A program made the position numbers and the translations under genes. 64,000 nucleotides of DNA from Hyphomicrobiales bacterium (lineage in GTDB: Bacteria; Pseudomonadota; Alphaproteobacteria; Rhizobiales; CAJQND01): assembly GCA_028285595.1 (NCBI GenBank), contig JANQOW010000007.1, forward strand, positions 19,036 through 83,035, given 5' to 3'. Each line of letters starts with the position of its first letter. The first letter of the stretch is position 1. The notes beneath the pieces are model-generated. The model was not told the origin of the DNA. It made no database searches and saw only the letters and a list, made by a program, of their open reading frames with translations. Below, in pieces: positions 9,081 to 17,423 of this stretch.

Positions 9081-10319
9081 TTAGTGCCCGCTTTCTTCCA
9101 AAGTCCAAATCGCAGGAAGATGAACCGGGCCGCGAAACGAGATGTTGGGTGGAAACTCTAGAGCATGGTCCTGCTTGAGCTCCAAGGTCGCAAACCTGTC
9201 GAGCATGCTGTTCAGCATCGCATCGAGCTCGATTTTCGAAAGCGGACGTCCTAGACAAAGATGTATGCCCTGACCGAAGGAGAGGTGATCGCGCGCCCGT
9301 TCTCTGCCGGGATCAAAGCGATCTGGATCATCAAACTTCGCAGGGTCCCGATTGGCCGCGGCAAGGGAAATCATAACCTTGGCGCCTTTGGGCAGTCGAA
9401 CGCCCCCAAGTTCAGTTTCCTGGGTTGTGATCCGGCGCCAGGCCACAACAGAAGAATCATGCCGCAGGCTTTCTTCGATTACCCCGTCAATCAGGTCACG
9501 ATCTGTCTTAATGGTCGGCCATAGACCGTTTTCGAGCACCTGGCGAATGCAATTCGATGCCTGATTTGTGGTGGTTTCGTGCCCTGCGAAACTGAGCCCG
9601 AACAGGATGCTCGCTAACTCGCGGTCGGTGAGCGGGTCGCCGTCCCGATCATCGGCCATCAGATCGCACGTCATATTGTCGGCAGGGTTCGTACGGCGGT
9701 CGGTGACGTAGTCAACGCAATAGTCCCAAAATGCCACCATGGTTTGTGCCGCTCTGATCTGGTGGTCCTCGGTGGGCCGGCCCCAGTTCACAATCAGCTT
9801 GTCGGCACACCATTCCTTGATCTGATCGGCATCCTCTTCGGGAAAGCCAACCATTGAGAATATGGTCAGCGCGGGAAGCGGATAGCATAACCCCTTGGCC
9901 AGGTCGCCTTCGCCTTTGCCGGCAAACTCATCCAGCAAGCTTTCACAGCGCTGCTTGACGATGGGCGTGAGCACCTGAAGCCGGCGCGCTGAGAAAGCCC
10001 GGGCAAGCTTGCGCCGGATCCGCGTGTGCTCTGGTTGGTCCAGATTGGACATCACGGGCTGAATGTTGAACCGTCCCTTGAGGATGTTCATCGCCTCATC
10101 GCACAAGGGCAAAAGAGGCGCTTGCACGTTGCCCGCCGAATAGATCTGATGATTGCGGAACACGGTGTCCACGTCTTCCCAGCGCGTGACGATCCACATG
10201 TCCAAGTCGTCACAATAGACCACTGGCGCGGCCTCCCTCTGGCGCGCGAGAAGCCGATAGGGGTCAGCGAGAAAGTCCTGCGACAGCGGATCGATTGTGG
10301 CGCGCGGCGTCATCGGCAA
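9081..10319 (-). CDS. cytochrome P450
   Basis: 412 aa with heme loop FGQGIHLCLG, I-helix AGHETT and ESLR (ExxR). No ferredoxin or reductase is encoded adjacent. Confidence 0.92.
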   Translation of the reverse strand: MPMTPRATIDPLSQDFLADPYRLLARQREAAPVVYCDDLDMWIVTRWEDVDTVFRNHQIYSAGNVQAPLLPLCDEAMNILKGRFNIQPVMSNLDQPEHTRIRRKLARAFSARRLQVLTPIVKQRCESLLDEFAGKGEGDLAKGLCYPLPALTIFSMVGFPEEDADQIKEWCADKLIVNWGRPTEDHQIRAAQTMVAFWDYCVDYVTDRRTNPADNMTCDLMADDRDGDPLTDRELASILFGLSFAGHETTTNQASNCIRQVLENGLWPTIKTDRDLIDGVIEESLRHDSSVVAWRRITTQETELGGVRLPKGAKVMISLAAANRDPAKFDDPDRFDPGRERARDHLSFGQGIHLCLGRPLSKIELDAMLNSMLDRFATLELKQDHALEFPPNISFRGPVHLPAIWTLEESGH

Positions 10320-10361
10320 CGCCCTCCTGGTTCTGTTATGCGCGGTGCCTGATGCAAGAAA

Positions 10362-10919
10362 TCACCCCAGCTCGACCCACCCTTTGGGTGGCTCCTTACC
10401 TGGGTGCAATGTGCCGCACTTTTTGCAGGTTCGGTCCGCTTCGCTACCATAGAAAGCATTGAACAGCGGCGGCAGGTCTTTCACGATGTCCGTGACCTTG
10501 ACCTCGACTCGGTGAACCAGCGCACCACAGCTAAAACAGAACCATTCAAAGCCATCCTTGTCCTCTTCCCGGCGGGTGCCTTCAACCACAAGACCGATGG
10601 AGCCGGGCACTGGGCGCTGCGGCGAGTGGCGCGCGTGGGGCGGCAGCACAAACACATCGCCCTCGCGAATGGTCACATCGTAAATGTCGTCGTTCTCGGC
10701 GATCTTCAGCACCATGTCGCCCTTGAGCTGATAGAAGAACTCTTCCACCGGATCGTCATGAAAATCGACCCGAACATTCGGTCCGCCGACAATCATCACA
10801 ACCATGTCAGTTTTCTCATCGAACAGTTGTTTGTTCGCAACCGGCGGCTTCAGCTGATCCTTGTTCCGCTCGATCCAATCGGCGAAGTTGAACGGTTTGA
10901 ACTTCGGATGGGCAGGCAT
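10362..10919 (-). CDS. nbaC: 3-hydroxyanthranilate 3,4-dioxygenase
   Basis: Cupin with DFHDDPVEEFFYQLKG and PPHARHSPQR metal-ligand regions. C-terminal rubredoxin-like CFSCG...CKKCG. Start at MPAHPKF (10919) behind a GAGG RBS. Confidence 0.88.
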   Translation of the reverse strand: MPAHPKFKPFNFADWIERNKDQLKPPVANKQLFDEKTDMVVMIVGGPNVRVDFHDDPVEEFFYQLKGDMVLKIAENDDIYDVTIREGDVFVLPPHARHSPQRPVPGSIGLVVEGTRREEDKDGFEWFCFSCGALVHRVEVKVTDIVKDLPPLFNAFYGSEADRTCKKCGTLHPGKEPPKGWVELG

Positions 10920-10972
10920 TGTAAACCTCGCTCGCGGAAAGATGTTTCGCACACACCAATCAGAAGAATATC

Positions 10973-11035
10973 ATTGGAATTTGCTATTTCATTCAAATGA
11001 ATTTAAGTGAATTTGCTATTGAGAATTGGAATAGC
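10973..11035. promoter_or_regulatory. divergent nbaC/LysR control region with nested repeats (putative LysR operator)
   Basis: GAATTTGCTATT occurs twice (10977-10988 and 11009-11020). Palindrome ATTCAAATGAAT at 10991-11002. GCTATT-N9-AATAGC at 11015-11035. ATTGGAAT occurs twice. Confidence 0.6.
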
Positions 11036-11037
11036 CG

Positions 11038-12003
11038 ATGACCGACCGCAACCGCCACGTTAAGATCATTGAGCGCGTTTCCACACGTCTGAAACTCAAG
11101 CAATTGCGCTTGCTTGTAGCCATAGCGGAACATTCCAGCATTCTCCATGCCGCAGATGAGATCCACATCTCGCAGCCCGCTGCCACAAAGCTCCTGAAGG
11201 ATCTGGAGACCGACTTCAACGTGAAGCTGTTCGATCGCACCAATAGAGGCGTTGTTCCCACCGAGTTTGGCCGAGCGCTCGTGCGCCACGGCAAGCTCAT
11301 TTTGGCGCAGATCTCGCACGCCGCTCAGGAACTCGACGATCTCAACGAAGGCCTCGGGGGCAGGGTGGTGGTAGGCACGCTCCTGACCGCATCGGCACAG
11401 TTGCTGCCAAACGTTATTAAGGTGCTGCATGAGCAGCGGCCCAACATTTCCATCGTTGTGCGCGATGGCACCAACGACTTTCTGATGCCTTTGCTCCACT
11501 CTGGAGAGCTCGACATGGTGGTGGGCCGGCTGGCTGAATACCGTTACCGGGAAGAACTTACCCAGGAAGTCCTCTACCATGAGGAGGTCGTGATTGTTTG
11601 CCGCAGGCAGCACCCGCTCGCTAGGGCGGCGAGCGTGGCGTTCGACAAGCTGGCTCAGTGCGACTGGATCCTGCCGCCCAGGCAAACCACCCTGCGCCGG
11701 CAGATTGACAAGGAATTCTTCGACCGCGGCCTCCACTCGCCCTCCAATCCTGTTGAGTGCGTGTCATTCCTGACCAACCGGTCCCTGCTGCTTGCGACTG
11801 ACATGATCGGGGTGTTTCCGGTCCACGTTGTGCAGAACGAAATCGCCAACGGAGAGCTCGCGGTCATCAAGTGCAAGCTGAACATTTCAGAAAGCCCAGT
11901 GGGCATTTCCTATCGGCGCGAAGATGCCCTGTCGCCTGCGGCTACCGCCTTCCTTGCACAGCTTAGGATGCAGTCAGCCGAACTGGCGACCGGGCGCGCC
12001 TGA
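11038..12003 (+). CDS. LysR family transcriptional regulator
   Basis: 321 aa with an N-terminal wHTH (LKQLRLLVAIAEHSSILHAADEIHISQPAATKLLKDLE). Divergent from nbaC. Confidence 0.9.
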   Translation: MTDRNRHVKIIERVSTRLKLKQLRLLVAIAEHSSILHAADEIHISQPAATKLLKDLETDFNVKLFDRTNRGVVPTEFGRALVRHGKLILAQISHAAQELDDLNEGLGGRVVVGTLLTASAQLLPNVIKVLHEQRPNISIVVRDGTNDFLMPLLHSGELDMVVGRLAEYRYREELTQEVLYHEEVVIVCRRQHPLARAASVAFDKLAQCDWILPPRQTTLRRQIDKEFFDRGLHSPSNPVECVSFLTNRSLLLATDMIGVFPVHVVQNEIANGELAVIKCKLNISESPVGISYRREDALSPAATAFLAQLRMQSAELATGRA

Positions 12004-12007
12004 GGTG

Positions 12008-12814
12008 TCAGATGCCCACGCGCCGTGTCCGTCGCTTCAGCTCCGCCACGATGCTCATGGCGGCAAGGGCTGAAGATTTCGGATTGCCCGGCAGTGGATT
12101 GCCTTCCACCTTCACGTTCAATCGGCCAAAGGCGCCGGCGGCGTCAATCTCGTGGATGTTCTTGTCCACACCGGGATCTGCGATCAGCCGCACGCTCACC
12201 TGATCCAATCCAAGACTTGCCAGAGCGATTGTAGCGGCAACGTTGGCGTTCTTCGGATAAAGCCGTGCGGCTTCCCGGGCCGTACCGGCAAAATGCTCAA
12301 ACGGCTCTTGAAGGCTGGCTAGGTCGCACTTGCCGTCTGCCGGCGAGCCGGCCCAGCCTTGCGGAGGCTTTCGTCCCGTATAGACCACCTTCTCCAGCCC
12401 GCCCGCATGGGCTGACAGGAGGGCATCTATCCCGCCAACGGCGCCCGGCAAGAACCTGATTGAGGATGCTCCTTTTTCAGCGCTCGTGCTGAGCTCTTCC
12501 AAAAGCGCTTCGTGCGCAAGCGCACCGGTCGAGATGGAAATCACATCGATGCCGGCTTGCAAGGCTGACGGCGCATGGGCGGCAAGCCCGGAATGGCCGG
12601 CGCAATCCACCAGGAGGTCCGGCCTGTCGGACAACTCATCCACAGCCGCCAACACGCTAAACCGTCCATCGGCCAATTCTTCGGCCTTCGACCGGGACGC
12701 CTCCCGGCAAATCAAGGCGATTATCGCGATCTCTTCAAGAGGAGAGACTTGGTCCACCACATATCCGGCAATCGCGCCGTATCCAACCAGAGCAATCTTC
12801 AATTCATGTGCCAT
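12008..12814 (-). CDS. aspartate dehydrogenase domain-containing protein (NadX-like)
   Basis: 268 aa with N-terminal Rossmann IALVGYGAIAG. Overall family resemblance to L-aspartate dehydrogenase. Confidence 0.65.
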   Translation of the reverse strand: MAHELKIALVGYGAIAGYVVDQVSPLEEIAIIALICREASRSKAEELADGRFSVLAAVDELSDRPDLLVDCAGHSGLAAHAPSALQAGIDVISISTGALAHEALLEELSTSAEKGASSIRFLPGAVGGIDALLSAHAGGLEKVVYTGRKPPQGWAGSPADGKCDLASLQEPFEHFAGTAREAARLYPKNANVAATIALASLGLDQVSVRLIADPGVDKNIHEIDAAGAFGRLNVKVEGNPLPGNPKSSALAAMSIVAELKRRTRRVGI

Positions 12815-12970
12815 CGTCCTGACTTTCTTGGAGCACTGACATCAGGTAACACAGGTGCCAGAGATCACTGCTATTGATTTGGGTTATACCTGCTTTGTAT
12901 TTTTTCAGTTGAGGTTTGTTCCGAATTGTCTGAGCTTGCCGGCGGAGTGTAGCGGCTTGAAAGATCTTCG

Positions 12971-13924
12971 ATGAGATACAAAAAGAGCGAAGCCAAAGAG
13001 TATTCGCGCGAGCACATGAGAGGGATCTGGGCGGCCGCTCTGAACCCCATGACCGCGGATTTTCAGATTGACGAAGCTGGTCTGCGCCGCAACCTTAACC
13101 ACTGGATTGACGACCTGAAAATACAGGGCGTTTTTATCGCAGGAAAGCAAGGTGAATTCTTCTCCATGTCGGTGGAGGAGCGCAAGCGCAACTTTGAGCT
13201 TGCTGTTGAAGTCTGTGATGACCGGGCCGGAACCATCATGTCGTGCTCGGATCAGAATTTTGACACGGTTGTCGAGCTTGCCCGCCATGCGCAGAATGTG
13301 GGGGCGGACTACATCGTGGTTCATGCGCCAGTTCTGCATTTCATACACGATCGCGACGACACGATCTTCAACTACTACAAGGAGATATGCGACCGCGTCG
13401 ATATCGGCATTGCTATGTGGAGCCACCCGGATTCAGGCTATCTGATGAGCCCGGAACTGTGTGCCAGGGTTGCCGATCTGCCCAATATCATGGCGATCAA
13501 ATACTCCGTACCCCGCGAGATGTATACCGAACTTACGCGCCTGGCAGGCGACAAGATCCTCGTCAGCACCGCCTCAGAAGACGAATGGTTGGACAATATC
13601 CTGGAGCTCGGCTGGCAGCTCTATCTTTGCTCATCGCCGCCCTATCTCATGCAAACCAAGATCGATCTGAGAATGCATGAATACACCCAACTGGCGTTTG
13701 CAGGTGAGGCAGAGCGGGCCAGAGCCGTACGCGACAGTCTGGAGCCGGTGCGCCAGGCCTTGAAAGGCACCCGCCCTGGCGGCAAACCGCAGGCGCATCA
13801 GAAATACTGGCAGGAACTTCTGGGCCAGGCCGGCGGGCCCGCCAGGCCTCCACTGCTCCAACTCACCGACGATGAAAAAACCAGGACAAAGGCCGCCTTT
13901 GAGAGTTGCGGCCTGTCGCTTTGA
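12971..13924 (+). CDS. dihydrodipicolinate synthase family protein (class I aldolase/dehydratase)
   Basis: 317 aa, DapA-like, with a candidate Schiff-base Lys in NIMAIKYS. Confidence 0.75.
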   Translation: MRYKKSEAKEYSREHMRGIWAAALNPMTADFQIDEAGLRRNLNHWIDDLKIQGVFIAGKQGEFFSMSVEERKRNFELAVEVCDDRAGTIMSCSDQNFDTVVELARHAQNVGADYIVVHAPVLHFIHDRDDTIFNYYKEICDRVDIGIAMWSHPDSGYLMSPELCARVADLPNIMAIKYSVPREMYTELTRLAGDKILVSTASEDEWLDNILELGWQLYLCSSPPYLMQTKIDLRMHEYTQLAFAGEAERARAVRDSLEPVRQALKGTRPGGKPQAHQKYWQELLGQAGGPARPPLLQLTDDEKTRTKAAFESCGLSL

Positions 13925-13939
13925 GCGGCCGATGGGGCC

Positions 13940-15376
13940 TCAAACGATTGTCATGCTGTGGGAGACATTCTTGACCACCGTGTAGTGATGCAAGCCCTCA
14001 TCTCCCCCTTCGCGCCCATAGCCGCTGGATTTAACGCCACCGAACGGTGTTTCGGGCAAGGATGCCTCCAAGGTGTTGATGGAGAGATTTCCCGCCTCCA
14101 CGCCATCAACCAAGCGATCCACATTTGCGGCCGAATGGGTGAAAGCATAGGCGGCCAGCCCATAAGGCACGCTGTTCGCCTTTTCTATCCCTTCGTCCAG
14201 ACTTGAAATTGGGTTGAGAACGGCAACCGGACCGAACGGTTCTTCGCGCATAATCAGCGCATCGTCAGGCACGCCGCTGAGCACTGTGGGCTCAAAGAAA
14301 AATCCCTTGTTGGCCTTGCGCGAACCGCCGGTCAAAAGTTTGCCGCCGCGCTTCACCGCATCGTCAACGAAATTTTGCAAGGCCGCCAACCGGCCCTCAT
14401 GCGCAACCGGGCCCATATCGGTTTGCTCGTCCAGTCCATCGCCGACCTTGGTGGCCAATACCCGTTCAACAAAGCTCTCGGTGAACGGCTCATGGTGCTG
14501 TTCGTGAATGAAGAAGCGGGTCGGCGAGGTGCAGACCTGCCCGGAATTGCGCATCTTGCGGATGGCCGACGTCACACCGGCCACCGCCGGGTCCACGTCA
14601 TCGCACACAATCACTGGCGCATGGCCGCCGAGCTCCATGAGAACCGGTGTCATGTTTTCAGAGGCCAAGGTGGTCAGCTGCCGGCCCACGACGGTTGAGC
14701 CTGTGAACGCCACCAGACGGATTTCATCCCTGGGGATCAGATAGCTTGATATGTCCGCCGGCCGGCCGAACAGCACATTCAACACGCCCGGCGGCAAGCC
14801 TGCATCCACAAACGCCCGCACAATGTGCACCGCTCCTGCTGGCGTTTCTTCAGCCGGTTTGATGATCACAGAGCAGCCTGAGGCGAGCGCCCCGGCAATT
14901 TTCCGCGCCGGCTGGCTCATTGGGAAGTTCCACGGAGAAAACGCAGCTACATTCCCGATCGGTTGGCGCACCACCATATAGCGGATGCCCGGTGCGCTCG
15001 GGATAACCCGGCCATAAAGCCGTTGTCCTTCGGCAGCGTCCCATTCAAAAAACTCACAGCCACGGATAACCTCAAGCCGCGATTGCCGGATGGGCTTTCC
15101 CAGCTCCAGCGTGATGGAGCGGGCAATCTCCTCTTGGCGCTCGCGCATGAGTTGGGCGGCCTTCAGTATGACCCGCGCGCGCTCCATAGGTGATGTTTGG
15201 CTCCAGACTTTGAACCCTTCTTGAGCCGCTGCAAGCGCATCGTCCATGTGACTTTGCTCAGCCACCGGCAGACGGCCAATCTCCTCCTCAGTGGCAGGGT
15301 TCAAGATTGGCAATTTTTCGCTTGTTTGCACCCAATCCCCGCCCACATAGAGCTTGATTTCCGGATATTCGCTCAT
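13940..15376 (-). CDS. NAD(P)-dependent aldehyde dehydrogenase (semialdehyde dehydrogenase-like)
   Basis: 478 aa with catalytic MELGGHAP and GQVCTSPTR motifs. Confidence 0.88.
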   Translation of the reverse strand: MSEYPEIKLYVGGDWVQTSEKLPILNPATEEEIGRLPVAEQSHMDDALAAAQEGFKVWSQTSPMERARVILKAAQLMRERQEEIARSITLELGKPIRQSRLEVIRGCEFFEWDAAEGQRLYGRVIPSAPGIRYMVVRQPIGNVAAFSPWNFPMSQPARKIAGALASGCSVIIKPAEETPAGAVHIVRAFVDAGLPPGVLNVLFGRPADISSYLIPRDEIRLVAFTGSTVVGRQLTTLASENMTPVLMELGGHAPVIVCDDVDPAVAGVTSAIRKMRNSGQVCTSPTRFFIHEQHHEPFTESFVERVLATKVGDGLDEQTDMGPVAHEGRLAALQNFVDDAVKRGGKLLTGGSRKANKGFFFEPTVLSGVPDDALIMREEPFGPVAVLNPISSLDEGIEKANSVPYGLAAYAFTHSAANVDRLVDGVEAGNLSINTLEASLPETPFGGVKSSGYGREGGDEGLHHYTVVKNVSHSMTIV

Positions 15377-15443
15377 TTGCAGCCTCGTGATTGGGACCGT
15401 GCCAGGTTACACTCGCAGGCCCATTATTGTCGCGGATGTCCGA

Positions 15444-15479
15444 CAATCAAATGAATTGAATGAAGCTTGCTATCAAGAA
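15444..15479. promoter_or_regulatory. second copy of the nbaC-type upstream element (putative LysR site)
   Basis: 27 of 36 positions identical to 10990-11025. Same orientation and nearly the same distance from the start codon (68 nt versus 71 nt). Confidence 0.55.
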
Positions 15480-15871
15480 ACCGGATATCAATTAGGTCGT
15501 TAGATTCTGGAGAACAAGGGAGGACTTTCCGATCAGCACACGACAAAGAGTTTTTGAATTGGGGCGCATGATTCCTTGTGAGAGGATGAGGGTCTCTATC
15601 GACAGCACGTCAAATTTTGGGTGAAAGTCGGAACTCCAGAGTTCGAATGCCAATAGTATATCGAGCCGATTAAGGTGAAACTGATCTAGAGGGGCGGACA
15701 TCCCACTGGATAATATGGCGCTACCTACTGCTTCTTGTTTTGCACAGACAGGTGTGCATTTTCATCATTGATTTTGGAACTGAAGGGGGTGGCCGCGCTT
15801 CAAACGAAGTGGGCAAAAGGACGCTCAGCCTAAGACTGCGTGGCCAGGCGTCCGTCTCATCTTCGATCTCA

Positions 15872-16255
15872 TCATACGGCGGCCAGACCGTCGGAACGGG
15901 GATCAGACGCACCTTCGATCAACCCGTCAGGGTGCAAGACCAATGCCCCCGCGTGGCCCATAATTTCCTCGAACTCGCCGACCACATTGACGTCATGTCC
16001 AGCCCGACGAAGTGCATCGTAAAGAGCACCATCGAACCGACTTTCCATTCGCAGATTTGTCACATCGCTTCCCCAGGTGCGGCCTAGCAACCACCTAGGG
16101 CTGTTGAGCGCATGTTGTAACTCCTGACCGTGGAGAACGTGGCGAACGAATATCATCGCTTGAGTTTGGGGTTGCCCCCCGCCACCCATTGTGCCGTATC
16201 GGTGCAGAAACAGGTACCGAGAATCTGTGTGATGAGCCCGCACCCGATCTGACAG
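15872..16255 (-). pseudogene. gamma-glutamyltransferase family C-terminal remnant
   Basis: ...GTMGGGGQPQTQAMIFVRHVLHGQELQHALNSPRWLL...EGASDPRSDGLAAV matches only the last ~125 aa of a ~530-aa GGT family. The large subunit and catalytic Thr region are absent. Confidence 0.55.
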
Positions 16256-16430
16256 ATGCTCGCTGATTGGGACCGTTCTCCGCGACGAAACCGTCATTGG
16301 TGTGAACCCGGTGTGTCGACGAATGCCGATGATGCGGTTCACCCCTCCTCAGGTCCGCACGTCAGTCCTGCTGCTCCAGAAACCAATGGATGGGCCGTAA
16401 CCTTACAGGCCAGATCATTTTCGATTGATT

Positions 16431-16446
16431 TATACGTACGTATAAT
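16431..16446. promoter_or_regulatory. perfect 14-bp palindrome overlapping a TATAAT box (putative operator and -10)
   Basis: TATACGTACGTATA at 16431-16444 overlaps TATAAT at 16441-16446. It lies ~35 nt upstream of the SMP-30 gene start. Confidence 0.45.
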
Positions 16447-16480
16447 ATATTTATCCAGCGGCACGCCATGGGAGAAGTCA

Positions 16481-17401
16481 GTGGTGCAGAACTTTGCTAT
16501 CGAATGTGTTTTGGATTGTCAGAACCATCTTGGAGAAGGTCCGGTTTGGGATACTCAGACGGGGAATCTGTATTGGGTGGACAGCACCGGGGCGCGTGTT
16601 GGGCGGGATGCGATTTGGTCACTCGACCCCAGAACTGGTGACGTTAGATCCTGGTCGCTTGAAGCAGACGTCGGAGCTATGGCGTTGCGGCGAACCGGCG
16701 GCGCTGTGCTGGCCCTCAGTGACGGGTTCTACACTTTCGACTTCGAAACAGGTCAAACCGACCTGATCGTCAATGTTGATGATGACCCAGAGCGCGCCCG
16801 CCTCAATGACGGGAAGTGTGACAGAATGGGCCGGTTTTTCGCGGGTGGTATGGACGATCGTGAGGAGCTTGGGGTCTGTAGTCTCTGGCGGCTTGATCCT
16901 GACCACAGCCTCCACAAAGTTGACGAGGGCATTATCTGCTCGAATGGGCCGTGCTGGAGCCCAGATGACCGTACGTTCTATTTCGCTGATACATTCCAGA
17001 ACGAGATCTGGGCTTACGATTACGACATCGCAACGGGCACGCCCAGCAACAAGCGCGTGTTTGCATCCACGGCCGATGATAGCGGGTTTGCGGACGGTTC
17101 CACGGTCGATGAGGAGGGGTATCTTTGGAATGCCCAAGTGATCTCAGGGGATTTGATCCGCTACGCGCCCGACGGCAGCGTGGAACGAAAGATCTGCATG
17201 CCCGTTCGCAACATCACGTCGGTGATGTTTGGCGGGCCTGATCTGATGGATATCTACGTAACCTCAATGGCGCGCGTCAGTCATCCGGCGACGCACGACA
17301 ACTTCGAAAAACAAACCAAACCACAGTTCGCCGCGGGTGCGCTCTTTCGCATCCAAGGCCTTGGCATTCGGGGCGTACCCGAGCCGCAATTTGCCGGTTG
17401 A
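16481..17401 (+). CDS. SMP-30/gluconolactonase/LRE family protein
   Basis: VVQNFAIECVLDCQNHLGEGPVWD... beta-propeller lactonase pattern. GTG start behind GGGAGAAG; the track ORF's 75-aa N-terminal extension was rejected. Confidence 0.8.
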   Translation: MVQNFAIECVLDCQNHLGEGPVWDTQTGNLYWVDSTGARVGRDAIWSLDPRTGDVRSWSLEADVGAMALRRTGGAVLALSDGFYTFDFETGQTDLIVNVDDDPERARLNDGKCDRMGRFFAGGMDDREELGVCSLWRLDPDHSLHKVDEGIICSNGPCWSPDDRTFYFADTFQNEIWAYDYDIATGTPSNKRVFASTADDSGFADGSTVDEEGYLWNAQVISGDLIRYAPDGSVERKICMPVRNITSVMFGGPDLMDIYVTSMARVSHPATHDNFEKQTKPQFAAGALFRIQGLGIRGVPEPQFAG

Positions 17402-17423
17402 AGACCGGAGCTAGGGAGGAAAT

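Noticed and set aside
16256-16480. N-terminal extensions of track ORFs (SMP-30 here; also E1 at 26997, GXWXG at 49745, GST at 50847, CpdR at 1924, Fe-ADH at 36134)
   Set aside because: The extensions overlap upstream genes or remnants, lack family similarity and skip good RBS-start pairs. Internal starts give proteins of canonical length.
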